A stretch of 64,000 nucleotides of DNA from Rhizobium sp. Q54 (GCA_943370615.1 CALRRQ020000010.1:30553-94552); one strand, 5' to 3'; shown: positions 18,720 through 31,423, counted from the stretch's first letter. Notes: generated by a model from the sequence alone, not told the origin. Translations and numbers: made by a program.

Positions 18720-19397
18720 TTGAAAGCCCCCACGATCGTCTTCGACCTTGACGGCACGCTCGTCGACACCGCCCCGGACCTCGTCTCCAGCCTCAATCAT
18801 ACGATCGCCGTCGCCGGCCTTCCGCCGGTCGGCTACGAGGACCTGACCCATCTGGTTGGCCATGGCGCCCGCGCCATGATCGCCCGCGCCTTCGCGCTGC
18901 GCGGCGTGCCGCTCGACGAAGACGAACTGCAGCCGCTGCTCGACCGCTTCATCGATCACTATACGGCGGGCATGCCGGGCGAGAGCCAGCCCTATCCGGG
19001 CCTGGTCGACGCGCTCGGACGCCTGCGCGAGGCCGGTTTCCGGCTGGCCGTCTGCACCAACAAGATGGAGGGGCTGGCGGTCCCGCTGATCGAGAAGCTG
19101 GGCCTCGCCCATCATTTCGCGGCAATCGCCGGCGGCGACACCTTTGCCGTGCGCAAGCCCGATCCGGGCCATCTCACCGCAACCATCGAGCGGGCCGGCG
19201 GCGATCCCGGCCGCGCCGTGATGGTCGGCGACAGCATCAACGACATCCTGGCCGCGCAGAATGCCGGCATTCCGTCGGTCGTGGTGCCCTTCGGCTATTC
19301 CGATCGCCCGGTCGAGGAACTTGGCGCCGATCGGCTGATCCGTCACTTCGACGAACTGACGCCGGCGATGTTGTCGGAGTTGATGGGGCGGGCCTGA
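18720..19397 (+). CDS. gph: HAD hydrolase, phosphoglycolate phosphatase-like
   Basis: Motifs FDLDGTLVDT, CTNK, RKPDP and MVGDS. TTG start with a GGAG RBS. Confidence 0.85.
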   Translation: MKAPTIVFDLDGTLVDTAPDLVSSLNHTIAVAGLPPVGYEDLTHLVGHGARAMIARAFALRGVPLDEDELQPLLDRFIDHYTAGMPGESQPYPGLVDALGRLREAGFRLAVCTNKMEGLAVPLIEKLGLAHHFAAIAGGDTFAVRKPDPGHLTATIERAGGDPGRAVMVGDSINDILAAQNAGIPSVVVPFGYSDRPVEELGADRLIRHFDELTPAMLSELMGRA

Positions 19398-19407
19398 CGC
19401 CCGCCCT

Positions 19408-21285
19408 TTATCTCAGCTGCGCGGCGCGGGCGTCGCTGATGACCTTGAAGGCCTTGCGGGTCGAATCGTCGCGGCCGTAGACGTCGTCGAAATAGTCGAT
19501 GCCGCCGTCCTTGTTCGGCCATGCGGTGAAGTAGGCGACGTAGACCGGGATCTTCTGCGGCACCTGCACGGCCCGGTTCTGGCCCGACGCGATCTGCTTG
19601 GCGATCTCGGCCGTCGTCGTACCCATCACAGCCGCCGCCATCACCCGCGGCTCGGCCAGGCGCACACAGCCATGGCTGAGCGCGCGCATATCGCGCTGGA
19701 AGAAGCTTTTCGACGGGGTGTCGTGCATGTAGATGGCGTGGCTGTTGGGGAACAGGATCTTCAGCTCGCCGAGCGCATTGTCACCGCCCGGAGGCTGACG
19801 GACATCGACGCTGTGGGTGGTGTTCCAGTCGACCTGCGTCGACGAGACCTTGCGACCACCATAGCTGACCTCATAGCCGAGCCGGTCGAGATAGCTCGGA
19901 TCGGCGCGAAGCTTGGGCAGCATTTCGTTGACGATGATCGACTTCGGCACGCCCCAATAAGGGTTGAACTCAACCGTCTCGATCTGGTCCTGGAAGAAAT
20001 AGGTCTGGTTCGACTTCGACCCGACGACCACCCGCATGGTCAGCTGCTCGCGGCCATCGTTGACATAATAGGCGGTGAAGGCCGGCTGGTTGATGAGGAC
20101 ATAGCGCTGGCCGAGATCGTCCGGCAGCCACCGCAGCTCTTCCATGGCGATGATCAGCTTGTCGATCTTCTCGGCATTGCTGTGACCGGTCAGCTGGCGA
20201 ATGGTCGCGCGGCCGACGACGCCGTCGGGCTTCAGGCCCCTTTCCTTCTGGAAGGCCTCGACCACGGCGACCAACTCGGGCGTGTATTCCGGCGCACCCG
20301 TATAGGCGGCCAGCACCGCCGCGTGGGTCGCCTTGAGTTCCTCCGAGCCTTCGGTGCGGATCGCCGCGAGAATGTTGGCGAGTTCCGGATTGCTCTGGCC
20401 AGGCTTCAGCAGGGTGCCGGGTGCGATCTCGACCCGGGCGCCACCCTGGCTGTCGGCCGCACGCAGCCGCGCCAGCTCCGCCTTCATCGCCTGGAACTGC
20501 GCATTGTCCGGATCGCGCGAGCGCAGATAGGCGGCGACATCCGGGCTTAGCCGCAGCATGTTGAGAACGGGCTTCAGATTGACCGTCTTGCGCTTGAAGT
20601 CGTGATAGCCGGAAATCTTGTTCGGATCGATCCGGCCGCGCGCCGTGTCGGTGGCATAGGTCAGGAGCTTGGCCGAAAGAGCCACTTCGAAACGTGCGAG
20701 GTCGCGGGCGAGCTTGTCCGGATCGGCCGGATCGGCGGCCTCTGCCGGCAATGCGACGGCGTAGTCTTCCGGCGCAAGCCCCGCTTCGCCAGCCTGGCTC
20801 AGGCCCTGCATGGCCTGGCGCGCGCGATCGGTGATCCCGCTGTCGGTGACCCAGATCAGCGGCTTGTTGTCCTTGTAGTAGGTTTCCACGGCCGCGGCGA
20901 TCTCGTCGGGCGCGCGCACGCCGGTCTCGGCGAGAAAGCGGCGCACCTGCGGTTGATCGCCGGCGACGGCCGGGCTGACGGCGGTAACGTCGGTTGCGGC
21001 CGGAGCCGCCGGCGCCTTGATGGCGATCGGGCGGGTGGCCTCCGCCTTGTAGGTGTAGTAGCGGGGACCGGCGACCTTCGGCAGCGGCTCCGGATCGCCC
21101 ATCTCCAGCCCGCCCCGGGCCTGGGGTTCGAGGATCGTGCTCAGACCGGATTTCTGGTTGGATTTGCCGGGTCCGCCGCGCAGCAGATCGAGAAGCGTGG
21201 CCGCCTCCGCCGCCTGGGGCAAGGCATTGAGGCTCGTCATCGCAGCCAGCACTGCCGTTGCCGCGATCTTCCTGTATTTTGTCAT
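19408..21285 (-). CDS. L,D-transpeptidase (YcbB/LdtD-type) with a peptidoglycan-binding domain
   Basis: Signal peptide, a PG-binding segment (AFQKERGLKPDGVVG), NPYWGVP, and IYMHDTP..RALSHGCVRL. Confidence 0.9.
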   Translation of the reverse strand: MTKYRKIAATAVLAAMTSLNALPQAAEAATLLDLLRGGPGKSNQKSGLSTILEPQARGGLEMGDPEPLPKVAGPRYYTYKAEATRPIAIKAPAAPAATDVTAVSPAVAGDQPQVRRFLAETGVRAPDEIAAAVETYYKDNKPLIWVTDSGITDRARQAMQGLSQAGEAGLAPEDYAVALPAEAADPADPDKLARDLARFEVALSAKLLTYATDTARGRIDPNKISGYHDFKRKTVNLKPVLNMLRLSPDVAAYLRSRDPDNAQFQAMKAELARLRAADSQGGARVEIAPGTLLKPGQSNPELANILAAIRTEGSEELKATHAAVLAAYTGAPEYTPELVAVVEAFQKERGLKPDGVVGRATIRQLTGHSNAEKIDKLIIAMEELRWLPDDLGQRYVLINQPAFTAYYVNDGREQLTMRVVVGSKSNQTYFFQDQIETVEFNPYWGVPKSIIVNEMLPKLRADPSYLDRLGYEVSYGGRKVSSTQVDWNTTHSVDVRQPPGGDNALGELKILFPNSHAIYMHDTPSKSFFQRDMRALSHGCVRLAEPRVMAAAVMGTTTAEIAKQIASGQNRAVQVPQKIPVYVAYFTAWPNKDGGIDYFDDVYGRDDSTRKAFKVISDARAAQLR

Positions 21286-21605
21286 TCTCGCACTCGTTCC
21301 AGCTCTGTCGTCGCGAAGCGGCGCACGGGGCCGCCGCCGTTCATGGCGCGGATCACTAGCCGATAGGCATATCATTGAAAAGTTGCCGACGCTTCGGCGC
21401 CGAAGCCAACCGGTTTCAAATTTGCGTGAGTCCGCGAATGCCGGCACGCCGGCCTTCATCCAGACTTTAATGAAAATACTCGTTAAATTTTCCTTTACGG
21501 AAGACCATCAACTGACGGTCCGCCGGCAAGCCGGGGCCATCGCCCCCGTTATTTAGCCGGGCCGCGTGCCATATATGACACGGCGTGCCGCCTCGGTGGC
21601 GGGGC

Positions 21606-22658
21606 TCAGGCGGGAAAATGGCGACGGGTCGAATTGGCCAACGCGACGAGGGCCAGCATGGCGGGCACTTCGACCAGCACGCCGACGACGGTCGCCAGCG
21701 CAGCGCCGGAATTCAACCCGAACAGGCTGATCGCCACCGCGACCGCAAGTTCGAAGAAATTCGAGGTACCGATCAGCGCGGCCGGCGCGGCGACATTGTG
21801 CGGCAGACGCCAGAGATAGGCCCAGCCATAGGCGATGACGAAGATCAGCGCATTCTGGATGAGAAGCGGCACGGCAATCAGCAGGATGACCAGCGGCGAC
21901 GAGACGATCGTCTCCGCCTGAAAGCCGAAGAGCAGCACGACGGTCGCGAGCAGACCGACGATGGAGAACGGCTTGAGCCCGGCGGTGAAGCGCGCGACCG
22001 CCTCGCCGTCATGCCGGGCATCGAGCCGTCGGCGGGTGAGATAGCCGGCCGCAAGCGGTATGACGACATAAAGGATCACCGAAAGCAGCAGTGTGGTCCA
22101 CGGCACAGTCACCTCGGTCACGCCCAGCAGGAAGGCGGCGATCGGCGCAAATGCGACGACCATGACCAGATCGTTGATCGAAACCTGCACGAGCGTGTAG
22201 TTCGCGTCCCCGCGCACCAGCTGGCTCCAGACAAACACCATGGCCGTGCACGGCGCAACGCCGAGCAGGATCATGCCCGCGATGTATTCCTTCGCATCCT
22301 CAGGCGAGACAAGGTCGGCGAAGACGTACTGGAAGAACAGGACGCCGAGGATAGCCATGGTGAACGGCTTGATCAGCCAGTTGACCACGAGCGTCACGCA
22401 CAGCCCCTTGGGCTTGCGCCCGACATCCTTGAGCGATGCGAAATCGATGCTCACCATCATCGGATAGATCATCACCCAGATCAGCACCGCCACCACGAGG
22501 TTGACGCTGGCATATTCGATGGCTGCCACGACCTGGAACAGGCCGGAAAAGGACAAACCCAGGCCGACGCCGGCGGCGATGCACAGCGCCACCCAGATCG
22601 AGAGATAGCGCTCGAAGAAGCCGAGGGGCGACGGGGCGGAAGTGGTCGATGTGGTCAT
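21606..22658 (-). CDS. acr3: Arsenite efflux permease, ACR3 family
   Basis: Motifs [35 protein letters not shown] and SNFFELAVA. Confidence 0.95.
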   Translation of the reverse strand: MTTSTTSAPSPLGFFERYLSIWVALCIAAGVGLGLSFSGLFQVVAAIEYASVNLVVAVLIWVMIYPMMVSIDFASLKDVGRKPKGLCVTLVVNWLIKPFTMAILGVLFFQYVFADLVSPEDAKEYIAGMILLGVAPCTAMVFVWSQLVRGDANYTLVQVSINDLVMVVAFAPIAAFLLGVTEVTVPWTTLLLSVILYVVIPLAAGYLTRRRLDARHDGEAVARFTAGLKPFSIVGLLATVVLLFGFQAETIVSSPLVILLIAVPLLIQNALIFVIAYGWAYLWRLPHNVAAPAALIGTSNFFELAVAVAISLFGLNSGAALATVVGVLVEVPAMLALVALANSTRRHFPA

Positions 22659-22728
22659 TGCTGCGGGCCAATCATTGCGAGGAACGGCGGGCGGTCCCGT
22701 CCGGTCAAGTCTCTGTGGGTCGGTCTGG

Positions 22729-23223
22729 TCAGGCCTGGCCGATATCGCTGATCCGCTTCTGCAGGGCGAGCCGGTCGAGGCTGGCAATCGGCAGGTTGAC
22801 GAAGATGGAGATGCGGTTGTTCAGCATGCGGTAGGTGTCGGCAAAGGCCAGCGCCTTCTCCGTGTCGGTGCCCTCGACGGCCGCAGGGTCCGGAACACCC
22901 CAATGGGCGGTCATCGGCTGGCCGGGCCAGACCGGGCAGGATTCGGCTGCCGCCGAATCACAGACAGTGAAGACGAAATCCATCTGCGGCGCGCCGGGCA
23001 CGGCAAACTCGTCCCAGCCCTTCGAGCGCAGGCCGGAGACATCGTAGTTCGCCCGCTTCAGCAGGTCGATCGCCATCGGGTGCACCTCGCCCTTGGGATG
23101 GGATCCCGCGGAATAGGCGGTGAAGCGTCCCCGCCCCTCGCGGTTGAGGCAGGCTTCGGCGAGGATTGAGCGGGCGGAATTGCCCGTACACAGGAACAGC
23201 ACGTTGAAATGATCTTGCGTCAT
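22729..23223 (-). CDS. arsC: Arsenate reductase, LMW-PTP/thioredoxin type
   Basis: Motifs [23 protein letters not shown] and HWGVPDP. Confidence 0.92.
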   Translation of the reverse strand: MTQDHFNVLFLCTGNSARSILAEACLNREGRGRFTAYSAGSHPKGEVHPMAIDLLKRANYDVSGLRSKGWDEFAVPGAPQMDFVFTVCDSAAAESCPVWPGQPMTAHWGVPDPAAVEGTDTEKALAFADTYRMLNNRISIFVNLPIASLDRLALQKRISDIGQA

Positions 23224-23234
23224 CGGTGGGACCT

Positions 23235-23567
23235 TCAGCAACGACAGGTGATTTCTTCAAGGATCGGCCGGCATAGCTCGGGCGAACCGCCGCAGCAGTC
23301 TTCGAGCAGGAAGCCCATCAGTGCGCGCATCGCCTCGAGATCGGCGCGATAGCGGATGTGCCTTCCCTCGCGCTCGCTGCCCACCAGGCCGGCATTGGAC
23401 AGCACGGTCAGGTTGGCCGACAGCGTGTTGGCCCGGAAATTGAGCGCGACGGCAATGTCGCCGGCATTGAGGCCGTCCGGCGCGTGGCGCACCAGCAAGC
23501 GGAAGATCGCCAGCCGTCCGTCATGGCCGAGCGCTGAAAGCGCCTCGAGAGTCTGTTTCGTATCCAT
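23235..23567 (-). CDS. arsR: ArsR/SmtB repressor with a C-terminal CC..C motif
   Basis: Segments ALGHDGRLAIF and NTLSANLTVLSNAGLV, ending EDCCGGSPELC. Confidence 0.92.
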   Translation of the reverse strand: MDTKQTLEALSALGHDGRLAIFRLLVRHAPDGLNAGDIAVALNFRANTLSANLTVLSNAGLVGSEREGRHIRYRADLEAMRALMGFLLEDCCGGSPELCRPILEEITCRC

Positions 23568-23721
23568 ATTTCCAGAAATCATGAATTATCGAAGTTTACA
23601 AGAGGCCGGACCGTGAATATTTAACCTGAATTGCGCAGTCAAATTTCCACCACCCATTGCGCCCGACACGACGAAGACTAATTATCCCGGCAAGAAACAG
23701 TTCGAGAGCAAGGCCAGCACG

Positions 23722-25113
23722 ATGAGCAATACCCGCACCGAAACCGACACTTTTGGCCCGATCGAGGTCGCCGCCGACCGCTATTGGGGCGCCCAGGCGG
23801 AGCGCTCGCGCGGCAATTTCAAGATCGGCTGGGAAAAGCAGCCCCTCTCCGTCGTGCGGGCCCTCGGCATCGTCAAGCAGGCGGCGGCACGCGCCAACAT
23901 GGCGCTCGGCGGCCTCGATCCCAGCCTCGGCGACGTCATTGTCAAGGCGGCACAGGAAGTGATCGACGGCAAGCTGGACGACCATTTTCCACTCGTCGTC
24001 TGGCAGACCGGATCCGGCACCCAGTCCAACATGAACGCCAATGAGGTGATCTCCAACCGGGCGATCGAAATGCTCGGCGGCGTCATGGGCTCGAAGAAGC
24101 CGGTGCATCCCAACGATCACGTCAACATGAGCCAGTCGTCGAACGACACCTATCCGACGGCCATGCACATCGCCTGCGCCGAACAGATCGTCCGCCACCT
24201 GATTCCCAATCTGAAACATCTCCACCAAGCCCTTGATGCCAAGGCAAAATCCTTCGCCCACATCATCAAGATCGGCCGCACCCATACGCAGGACGCCACG
24301 CCGCTCACGCTCGGCCAGGAATTCTCCGGCTATGCCGCGCAGGTCGCCTCGGCGATCAGGCGGATCGAGCTGACGCTGCCGGGTCTCTACGAACTGGCCC
24401 AGGGCGGCACCGCCGTCGGCACCGGGCTGAACGCGCCGGTCGGCTTTGCCGAGAAGGTGGCCGAAGAGATCGCCCAGATCACCGGCCTGCCCTTCGTCAC
24501 CGCGCCGAACAAGTTCGAGGCGCTCGCCGCCCACGACGCCATGGTCTTTGCCCACGGTGCGATCAATGCCGCAGCGGCCGCCCTGTTCAAGATCGCCAAC
24601 GACATCCGCTTCCTCGGCTCCGGCCCGCGCGCGGGCCTCGGTGAACTGTCGCTGCCGGAAAACGAACCGGGTTCGTCGATCATGCCGGGCAAGGTCAACC
24701 CGACCCAGTCCGAAGCGCTGACCCAGGTCTGCGCCCACATCTTCGGCAACAATGCCGCCATCACCTTCGCCGGCAGCCAGGGCCATTTCGAGCTCAACGT
24801 CTACAATCCGATGATGGCCTACAATTTCCTCCAGTCGGTGCAACTGCTCGGCGATGCCGCCCGCTCCTTCACCGACAATTGCGTCACCGGCATCGAGGCG
24901 CGTGAGGACAATATCCGCAAGGGGGTGGAGAACTCGCTGATGCTGGTCACCGCGCTCAACACCCGTCTCGGCTACGACACCTGCGCCAAGATCGCCAAGA
25001 CCGCCCACAAGAACGGCACGACGCTGCGCCAGGAAACCGTCGGCGGCGGCTATCTCAGCAACGAGGAGTTCGACCAACTGGTGCGGCCGGAGCTGATGAT
25101 CGGGCCGAAGTGA
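23722..25113 (+). CDS. fumC: Class II fumarate hydratase
   Basis: Motifs [29 protein letters not shown] and [11 protein letters not shown]. Confidence 0.96.
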   Translation: MSNTRTETDTFGPIEVAADRYWGAQAERSRGNFKIGWEKQPLSVVRALGIVKQAAARANMALGGLDPSLGDVIVKAAQEVIDGKLDDHFPLVVWQTGSGTQSNMNANEVISNRAIEMLGGVMGSKKPVHPNDHVNMSQSSNDTYPTAMHIACAEQIVRHLIPNLKHLHQALDAKAKSFAHIIKIGRTHTQDATPLTLGQEFSGYAAQVASAIRRIELTLPGLYELAQGGTAVGTGLNAPVGFAEKVAEEIAQITGLPFVTAPNKFEALAAHDAMVFAHGAINAAAAALFKIANDIRFLGSGPRAGLGELSLPENEPGSSIMPGKVNPTQSEALTQVCAHIFGNNAAITFAGSQGHFELNVYNPMMAYNFLQSVQLLGDAARSFTDNCVTGIEAREDNIRKGVENSLMLVTALNTRLGYDTCAKIAKTAHKNGTTLRQETVGGGYLSNEEFDQLVRPELMIGPK

Positions 25114-25300
25114 AAGGCGCCGCGCAAAGACGGCCTCGGCCCCTGCGCGCGGCCGCCGTTCCTCAAATCGATTTTATTGCGGCGGCCCGGATTTCAATCC
25201 ATTCAACCGGGCCGCTCCCCCTTTCGCTGCATTGAATTCTTAAGGCCTTGCCCTTACACCACCGCCATCCGACAACCTGCCTCCGAAAGGCTTTTGACTG

Positions 25301-26908
<1,608 letters not shown>

Positions 26909-26934
26909 TCCGGACGGTATAAAGTGAAGATCAA

Positions 26935-26958
26935 GGGGCGGTACGAAAGTACCGCCCC
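26935..26958 (+). terminator. Strong hairpin after fumA (probable terminator)
   Basis: GGGGCGGTAC-GAAA-GTACCGCCCC, a 10-bp stem with a GNRA loop and a weak U-tract. Confidence 0.6.
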
Positions 26959-27131
26959 CTATTGTGCGCACAGGGTTTCGCGTGTGAATTCAGCGCGTTG
27001 CGCCACGTTCACGCAAGCGCTGCAAAATATCGCCGACTATTTCAGGGGTGTGTGCCATTAAATATTTCCAAACAATTTTCATCTAACTATTGGAAAGGAT
27101 CATGGATCCGAGAGATGAATGGAGTTCGCCG

Positions 27132-28199
27132 ATGAACACGGCAACGACGCCGAAGGCGCAGATTCCCGACATAGCGGCGCAGATCACCTATGCCATGCGC
27201 ACGATGGGCGTCGCTCCCATTCCGCGGAACTATGAACTGTTCTACGAAGCCTATATCGGCTCCAATCCGACCCTGACCAAGGAACTTGCCGCGCTCGGCA
27301 GCAAGGCCACCCAGGAGGAACTGGACGAACTCGGCCAGCAATATTTCGGCAATCACCAGACAAGGGTGATCGAGAACGCCCATTCCAAGATCATCACCGA
27401 ACTCGACGGGCTGCTGCGCCTGCTGAAGCAGGAGCAGAATTCGCTCGAGAGCTACAACAAGCTGCTCGGCGAGACCTATACCCGGATCAGCTCGAAGAAC
27501 AGCACCAGCGCCGACATCCTGCGCAGCGCCATCACGCTCCTGTCGGAAGCCACCGGCGACACGATGGCGCACGGCTCGCAGACGGTCGAGCAGGTCAGCC
27601 AGAAATCCCAGGAAATGGACCAGGTCCGCAAGGAACTGGACGAATACAAGCGCATCGCCAACACGGATTCGCTCACCCGCATCGCCAATCGCCGTGCCTT
27701 CGACGAGCGTCTGGCGTCGATCTACAATGCGACGACGAGCGCGCCGCTGACTGCCCTTGTGCTAGCCGACATCGACAATTTCAAGAAGGTCAACGACACC
27801 TACGGCCACCCCGTCGGCGACAAGATCCTGGCAACCGTCGCCACCGTGATCCGCGCCAATGTGCGCAAGGACTGTTTCGTCGCCCGGACCGGCGGCGAGG
27901 AATTCGCCATCATCATCGAGGGCAATACCGCCGAAGAGGTCAACCAGATGTGCGAGCGGGTCAGGACCTCGCTCGAGACGACGCCCTTCAAGAACTCGCG
28001 TACCGGCGTGAACTACGGCCCGATCACCCTTTCGCTCGGCTTCTGCATGGCCGGCGACGCCGAGGACCCGGGCGAACTGTACGCCAAGTCGGACATCGCC
28101 CTCTACTGCGCCAAGAATGCCGGCCGCAACCGCACGAAGATCTTCGAGGACGGCATGAAGAAGGACTTCACCAAGAGCTGGCTAATCTACAAGCGATAG
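27132..28199 (+). CDS. Cytoplasmic diguanylate cyclase (helical N-terminus plus GGDEF domain)
   Basis: Motifs TDSLTRIANRRAF, DIDNFKKVNDTYGHPVGD and ARTGGEEF. GGAG RBS. Confidence 0.92.
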   Translation: MNTATTPKAQIPDIAAQITYAMRTMGVAPIPRNYELFYEAYIGSNPTLTKELAALGSKATQEELDELGQQYFGNHQTRVIENAHSKIITELDGLLRLLKQEQNSLESYNKLLGETYTRISSKNSTSADILRSAITLLSEATGDTMAHGSQTVEQVSQKSQEMDQVRKELDEYKRIANTDSLTRIANRRAFDERLASIYNATTSAPLTALVLADIDNFKKVNDTYGHPVGDKILATVATVIRANVRKDCFVARTGGEEFAIIIEGNTAEEVNQMCERVRTSLETTPFKNSRTGVNYGPITLSLGFCMAGDAEDPGELYAKSDIALYCAKNAGRNRTKIFEDGMKKDFTKSWLIYKR

Positions 28200-28299
28200 C
28201 TCGTTGATCGCCGCGATCAAAGGCAATCGGAACGCCGTTTCCTGTATCGTCAAAAGTGCGGCGCCGTGCAGCCAGCGCATCGCGGGGGCTTCGCTCCCG

Positions 28300-28803
28300 C
28301 TAGCGAGACGTTGCGGCGACAGTCCCATCGACGTCGTCTCCGTCTTCGCAAATCTCACCGTCCTTGACTGAGACCCAGCGGACGCGCTCACTTTGCTTGT
28401 CGAAAATCGTCCACACAGGTTGCCCTTCCGCAGTCATGAAGGAAGCCACGTAGAGCCCGCCCGCCAACGCAATCGACAACTCCGGCAATCGACCATGGAT
28501 GGTCACGTCCTCCACAGTGCGACCAACCAGTGATTGGAAGACCTCATCCCACCCTTCCTCGTCGCTCCAGCTTCCGCAGAGAATTTCCCTCTCACTTTCG
28601 ATGCGCCAACTCCATTCGATCATCACCGAGTACTCCCCTCTCGGGCTCGCAGGCGAGCCATCCCGCTTCGTCTGAGCGGTCAAGGCGCCAAACTCAAGAA
28701 AGATTGCCGAGCCATAACCCTGCCAGACCGCGGACAATGGTCGCGAGAGCAGGGCCATCCGATATTTCTCGAAAGCTGAAGATTTTGCGTTGAACACGTT
28801 CAC
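28300..28803 (-). CDS. Hypothetical protein with atypical codon usage
   Basis: Open frame with a GTG start near 28803 (alternatives 28797 or ATG 28758). Many A/T-ending codons. Confidence 0.6.
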   Translation of the reverse strand: MNVFNAKSSAFEKYRMALLSRPLSAVWQGYGSAIFLEFGALTAQTKRDGSPASPRGEYSVMIEWSWRIESEREILCGSWSDEEGWDEVFQSLVGRTVEDVTIHGRLPELSIALAGGLYVASFMTAEGQPVWTIFDKQSERVRWVSVKDGEICEDGDDVDGTVAATSR

Positions 28804-28875
28804 AGAACTCCGAAGATCATGCCTCGTGGAACCAAGAATAGTCCCAACACGGCCTGGGCGCATTGGACCACGCGC

Positions 28876-29673
28876 TCACGGACAGGCCGAAACGCCGCTT
28901 TCCCGGGCAATCGCGATCAGTTCGGGTCGGTATTCGAAGTGCATCGTGTCATAGTGATACCAGCGCCCGCCCCAGATGAAACCATGGCGCTCGAACACGT
29001 CGACAATCGCCATCGGGAACTTGTTGGCATAATGGGGCACGTTGCCCGGCTTGCCGCCGGACCAGATCCAGTAGTCGGCGAACCTGGTGTTGATGTCGAT
29101 CGCGGCGCCAAAGCTGTGGACCGACATGTTGGAGGCGTTCGCCACCTTGCGCCAGTTGAACGTGCCGGCCGAGGGCGTGAGGTATTTCTTCAGCTCGGGT
29201 TTTGACGCGAGTTCGTCGCGAACCTTTTCCAGCGCCGCCGCGGCCCCCTGCCTCTTCGTCACCCGGAGGCTTTCGCCGAACCAGGCCACCTTGACCAGCG
29301 AGCGTTCCACCTCCCGGGCCGATGCCCCGTAGAGCCGCATCATCAACGGATCGCTGCGGATGCGGCCGGGATCGAAATTGACCGCCGGCTTGGTTTCGCA
29401 CGGCCCGACCGGATAGTCCTGCGAAAGGCTGTCCTCGACATCGCCCTTTTCGAGCTTGGCGAAATGGTCCTTGGCCTTGCCGTCGTCGATCGGAAGGGGC
29501 TCGCCCCCGTCGCGAAAGGTCAGGCGACCATCCTCGGTGCCGGCGATCGTTTCGGGATAGGCCGCGACGAGCAGCCTCAGCTTCTCGTCCAGCCCGAGGT
29601 CGGCGGCAGGTGCAGCGGAGGCTGCAACGGCAAACCCCAGACACATGAGTGCAAGTGATCCGACGCGCTTCAT
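28876..29673 (-). CDS. Secreted M15-family metallopeptidase (D,D-/L,D-carboxypeptidase-like)
   Basis: Signal peptide and motifs FNWRKVA, MSVHSFGAAIDIN and WGGRWYHYDTMHFEYRPE. Confidence 0.88.
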   Translation of the reverse strand: MKRVGSLALMCLGFAVAASAAPAADLGLDEKLRLLVAAYPETIAGTEDGRLTFRDGGEPLPIDDGKAKDHFAKLEKGDVEDSLSQDYPVGPCETKPAVNFDPGRIRSDPLMMRLYGASAREVERSLVKVAWFGESLRVTKRQGAAAALEKVRDELASKPELKKYLTPSAGTFNWRKVANASNMSVHSFGAAIDINTRFADYWIWSGGKPGNVPHYANKFPMAIVDVFERHGFIWGGRWYHYDTMHFEYRPELIAIARESGVSACP

Positions 29674-29786
29674 CCGCTCCCCCATGCGAGCTATCCAACT
29701 CCCCGCCAGCGAAGCCTCGCATGGGCAGCCAGTTCTGGCAATGCGTCATGCCGCCGCCGAGAAAGGGAGCGGCGCCGAGGCCTGTC

Positions 29787-30395
29787 TCACCACATGGTCT
29801 TGGCGGCGCGCTCCGGCCATTGGCGATCGTAGGTTTCCTTGTCGAAATCGGCCTGCGCCGCCTGCAGCAGATCGCCGGGCGTCGGCAGGCTCTTCGGCTC
29901 GACAAAACTCTCAGGATTCCACAGATCGGCCCGCATGATCGCCCGGGCGCACTGGAAATATACCTCGCCGATGGTGACCAGCACGACGCTGCGCGGATGC
30001 TTGCCGTCCATCTCGAAGCTGTCGAGCAGGTCGACATCGACAGAGACGACGGCCTGGCCGTTGACCCGGATCGCCGTGTTCGAGCCGGGAATGAGGAACA
30101 TCAGCGCGACGCGCGGATCGCGCACGATGTTCATCAGCGAATCGATCCGGTTGTTGCCGCGCCAGTCGGGGATGGCGAGCGTCTTTTCGTCTTCCACCCG
30201 CACGACCGCGCCGCGATCGCCGCGCGGCGAGCAGTCGAGCCCTTCCGGACCGACGGTCGCCAGCGCCATGAAGGGCGAGGTCTCGATCATCCGGCGATAG
30301 TCGGCGGTCAGCGCCGGCGTGACCTTGACGAGCGAGGCTTCCGATACGCCCTGATAGATCTCCCGGAGAGCTTCGGGGGTGCGGATGATCGTCAT
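29787..30395 (-). CDS. Pyridoxamine 5'-phosphate oxidase-family FMN-binding protein
   Basis: Motifs DCSPRGD, IPDWRGNNRIDSLMNI and EVYFQCARA. Confidence 0.85.
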   Translation of the reverse strand: MTIIRTPEALREIYQGVSEASLVKVTPALTADYRRMIETSPFMALATVGPEGLDCSPRGDRGAVVRVEDEKTLAIPDWRGNNRIDSLMNIVRDPRVALMFLIPGSNTAIRVNGQAVVSVDVDLLDSFEMDGKHPRSVVLVTIGEVYFQCARAIMRADLWNPESFVEPKSLPTPGDLLQAAQADFDKETYDRQWPERAAKTMW

Positions 30396-30466
30396 GGCTG
30401 CTCCTTCCAGGTCTTTGGCGATGGGCGCGGCACGCGGCTGCCCGCCCCCTCTACGACCGAAGCGTA

Positions 30467-31405
30467 TCAGAAGGATGACGCCGCGCGCAGCAGCGTCGTT
30501 TCGCCGATCTCGCCGAAAGCGCCGCCCCCGAGAAGAAAGTCCGAAACGGCCGCGATCACCCCCGGCGCGCTGACGATGCGGCGATGCCCCTGCCCGTTCG
30601 CCCAGTGATGGCGGATGTGATCGGCGACGCCGAGATAGCGTCGGGCCTGGTCGGCGCCGACCTCCTTGTCGTCCTCGGCATGGACCACCAGCAGGGGCTT
30701 GCCGAGCCGAAGCGCGATCGGCACGCCGTCCAGCGCTTCCACGGGGCAGCCGACCCGCCGCTCGGTTCTGGCAATGAGCGCCCGGCCGGTCGCGGCTGTG
30801 AGGCCAACCATGCGGGCGAAGCCGGTGAAGACATCGTCGATCCGCGACGGCGCGCCGATCACGGCGAAACGCTGCGCCTTGATGGCCGGGATACCGGGAA
30901 AGCTGCCGCCCGCCGCCGCCATCAGGGCTGCGCCGCCGAAGGAGTGGCCGACAGCGGCGTCGAAGGGTCCGAACCGCTCCTGCACCCTGGCCATGGCCTC
31001 GGCCGCCAGGCGCATGTCTAGGCTCCGGCCATAGGAGCGGCCATGTCCCGGCAGGTCGAGCACGAAGACTTCCGCGCCCGCTTCACGCAGGCCCATGGCG
31101 AGATCGGCCAGATACTCCGCCCGCGAGCCCCAGCCGTGCACGACGAGCACCCGCGGCGCCGAGCAGTTCGGCGAGCCGATCCTGTGGACGCCGACCCTGG
31201 CACCGGAAGGCCCGAGCCGCAGCTTCTCGGCGAGCGCCAGCGTGCGCGCGCCCTCGGCAAAAGCCGCCTTGGCCTTGGCCTCCCGCGGCCGCTTCGGCGG
31301 CGTGCGGCAGAAAAGGGCAAGGGCGGCGCGGCTGGCAAGCTCCGGAGAGACGCGACCGAGCGCGGAGAAACCGAATCGGGTGACCTTGATGGCAAAGGAT
31401 GGCAT
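30467..31405 (-). CDS. Alpha/beta hydrolase
   Basis: Motifs VHGWGS, DLPGHG, GHSFGG, HAEDDKEV and GHRRI. Confidence 0.88.
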   Translation of the reverse strand: MPSFAIKVTRFGFSALGRVSPELASRAALALFCRTPPKRPREAKAKAAFAEGARTLALAEKLRLGPSGARVGVHRIGSPNCSAPRVLVVHGWGSRAEYLADLAMGLREAGAEVFVLDLPGHGRSYGRSLDMRLAAEAMARVQERFGPFDAAVGHSFGGAALMAAAGGSFPGIPAIKAQRFAVIGAPSRIDDVFTGFARMVGLTAATGRALIARTERRVGCPVEALDGVPIALRLGKPLLVVHAEDDKEVGADQARRYLGVADHIRHHWANGQGHRRIVSAPGVIAAVSDFLLGGGAFGEIGETTLLRAASSF

Positions 31406-31423
31406 AGTCGGAATCCCTGTAAA

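Noticed and set aside
25160-25300. Irr ICE box upstream of fumA
   Set aside because: Only a partial half-site (TTCTTAA) is present. It does not fit TTTAGAA-N3-TTCTAAA.
27060-27100. ExpR or CtrA site upstream of the cytoplasmic DGC
   Set aside because: Only the TATTGG half matches ExpR, and there is no TTAA-N7-TTAA. The TTTCCAA..TTGGAAA dyad is widely spaced and cannot be assigned.
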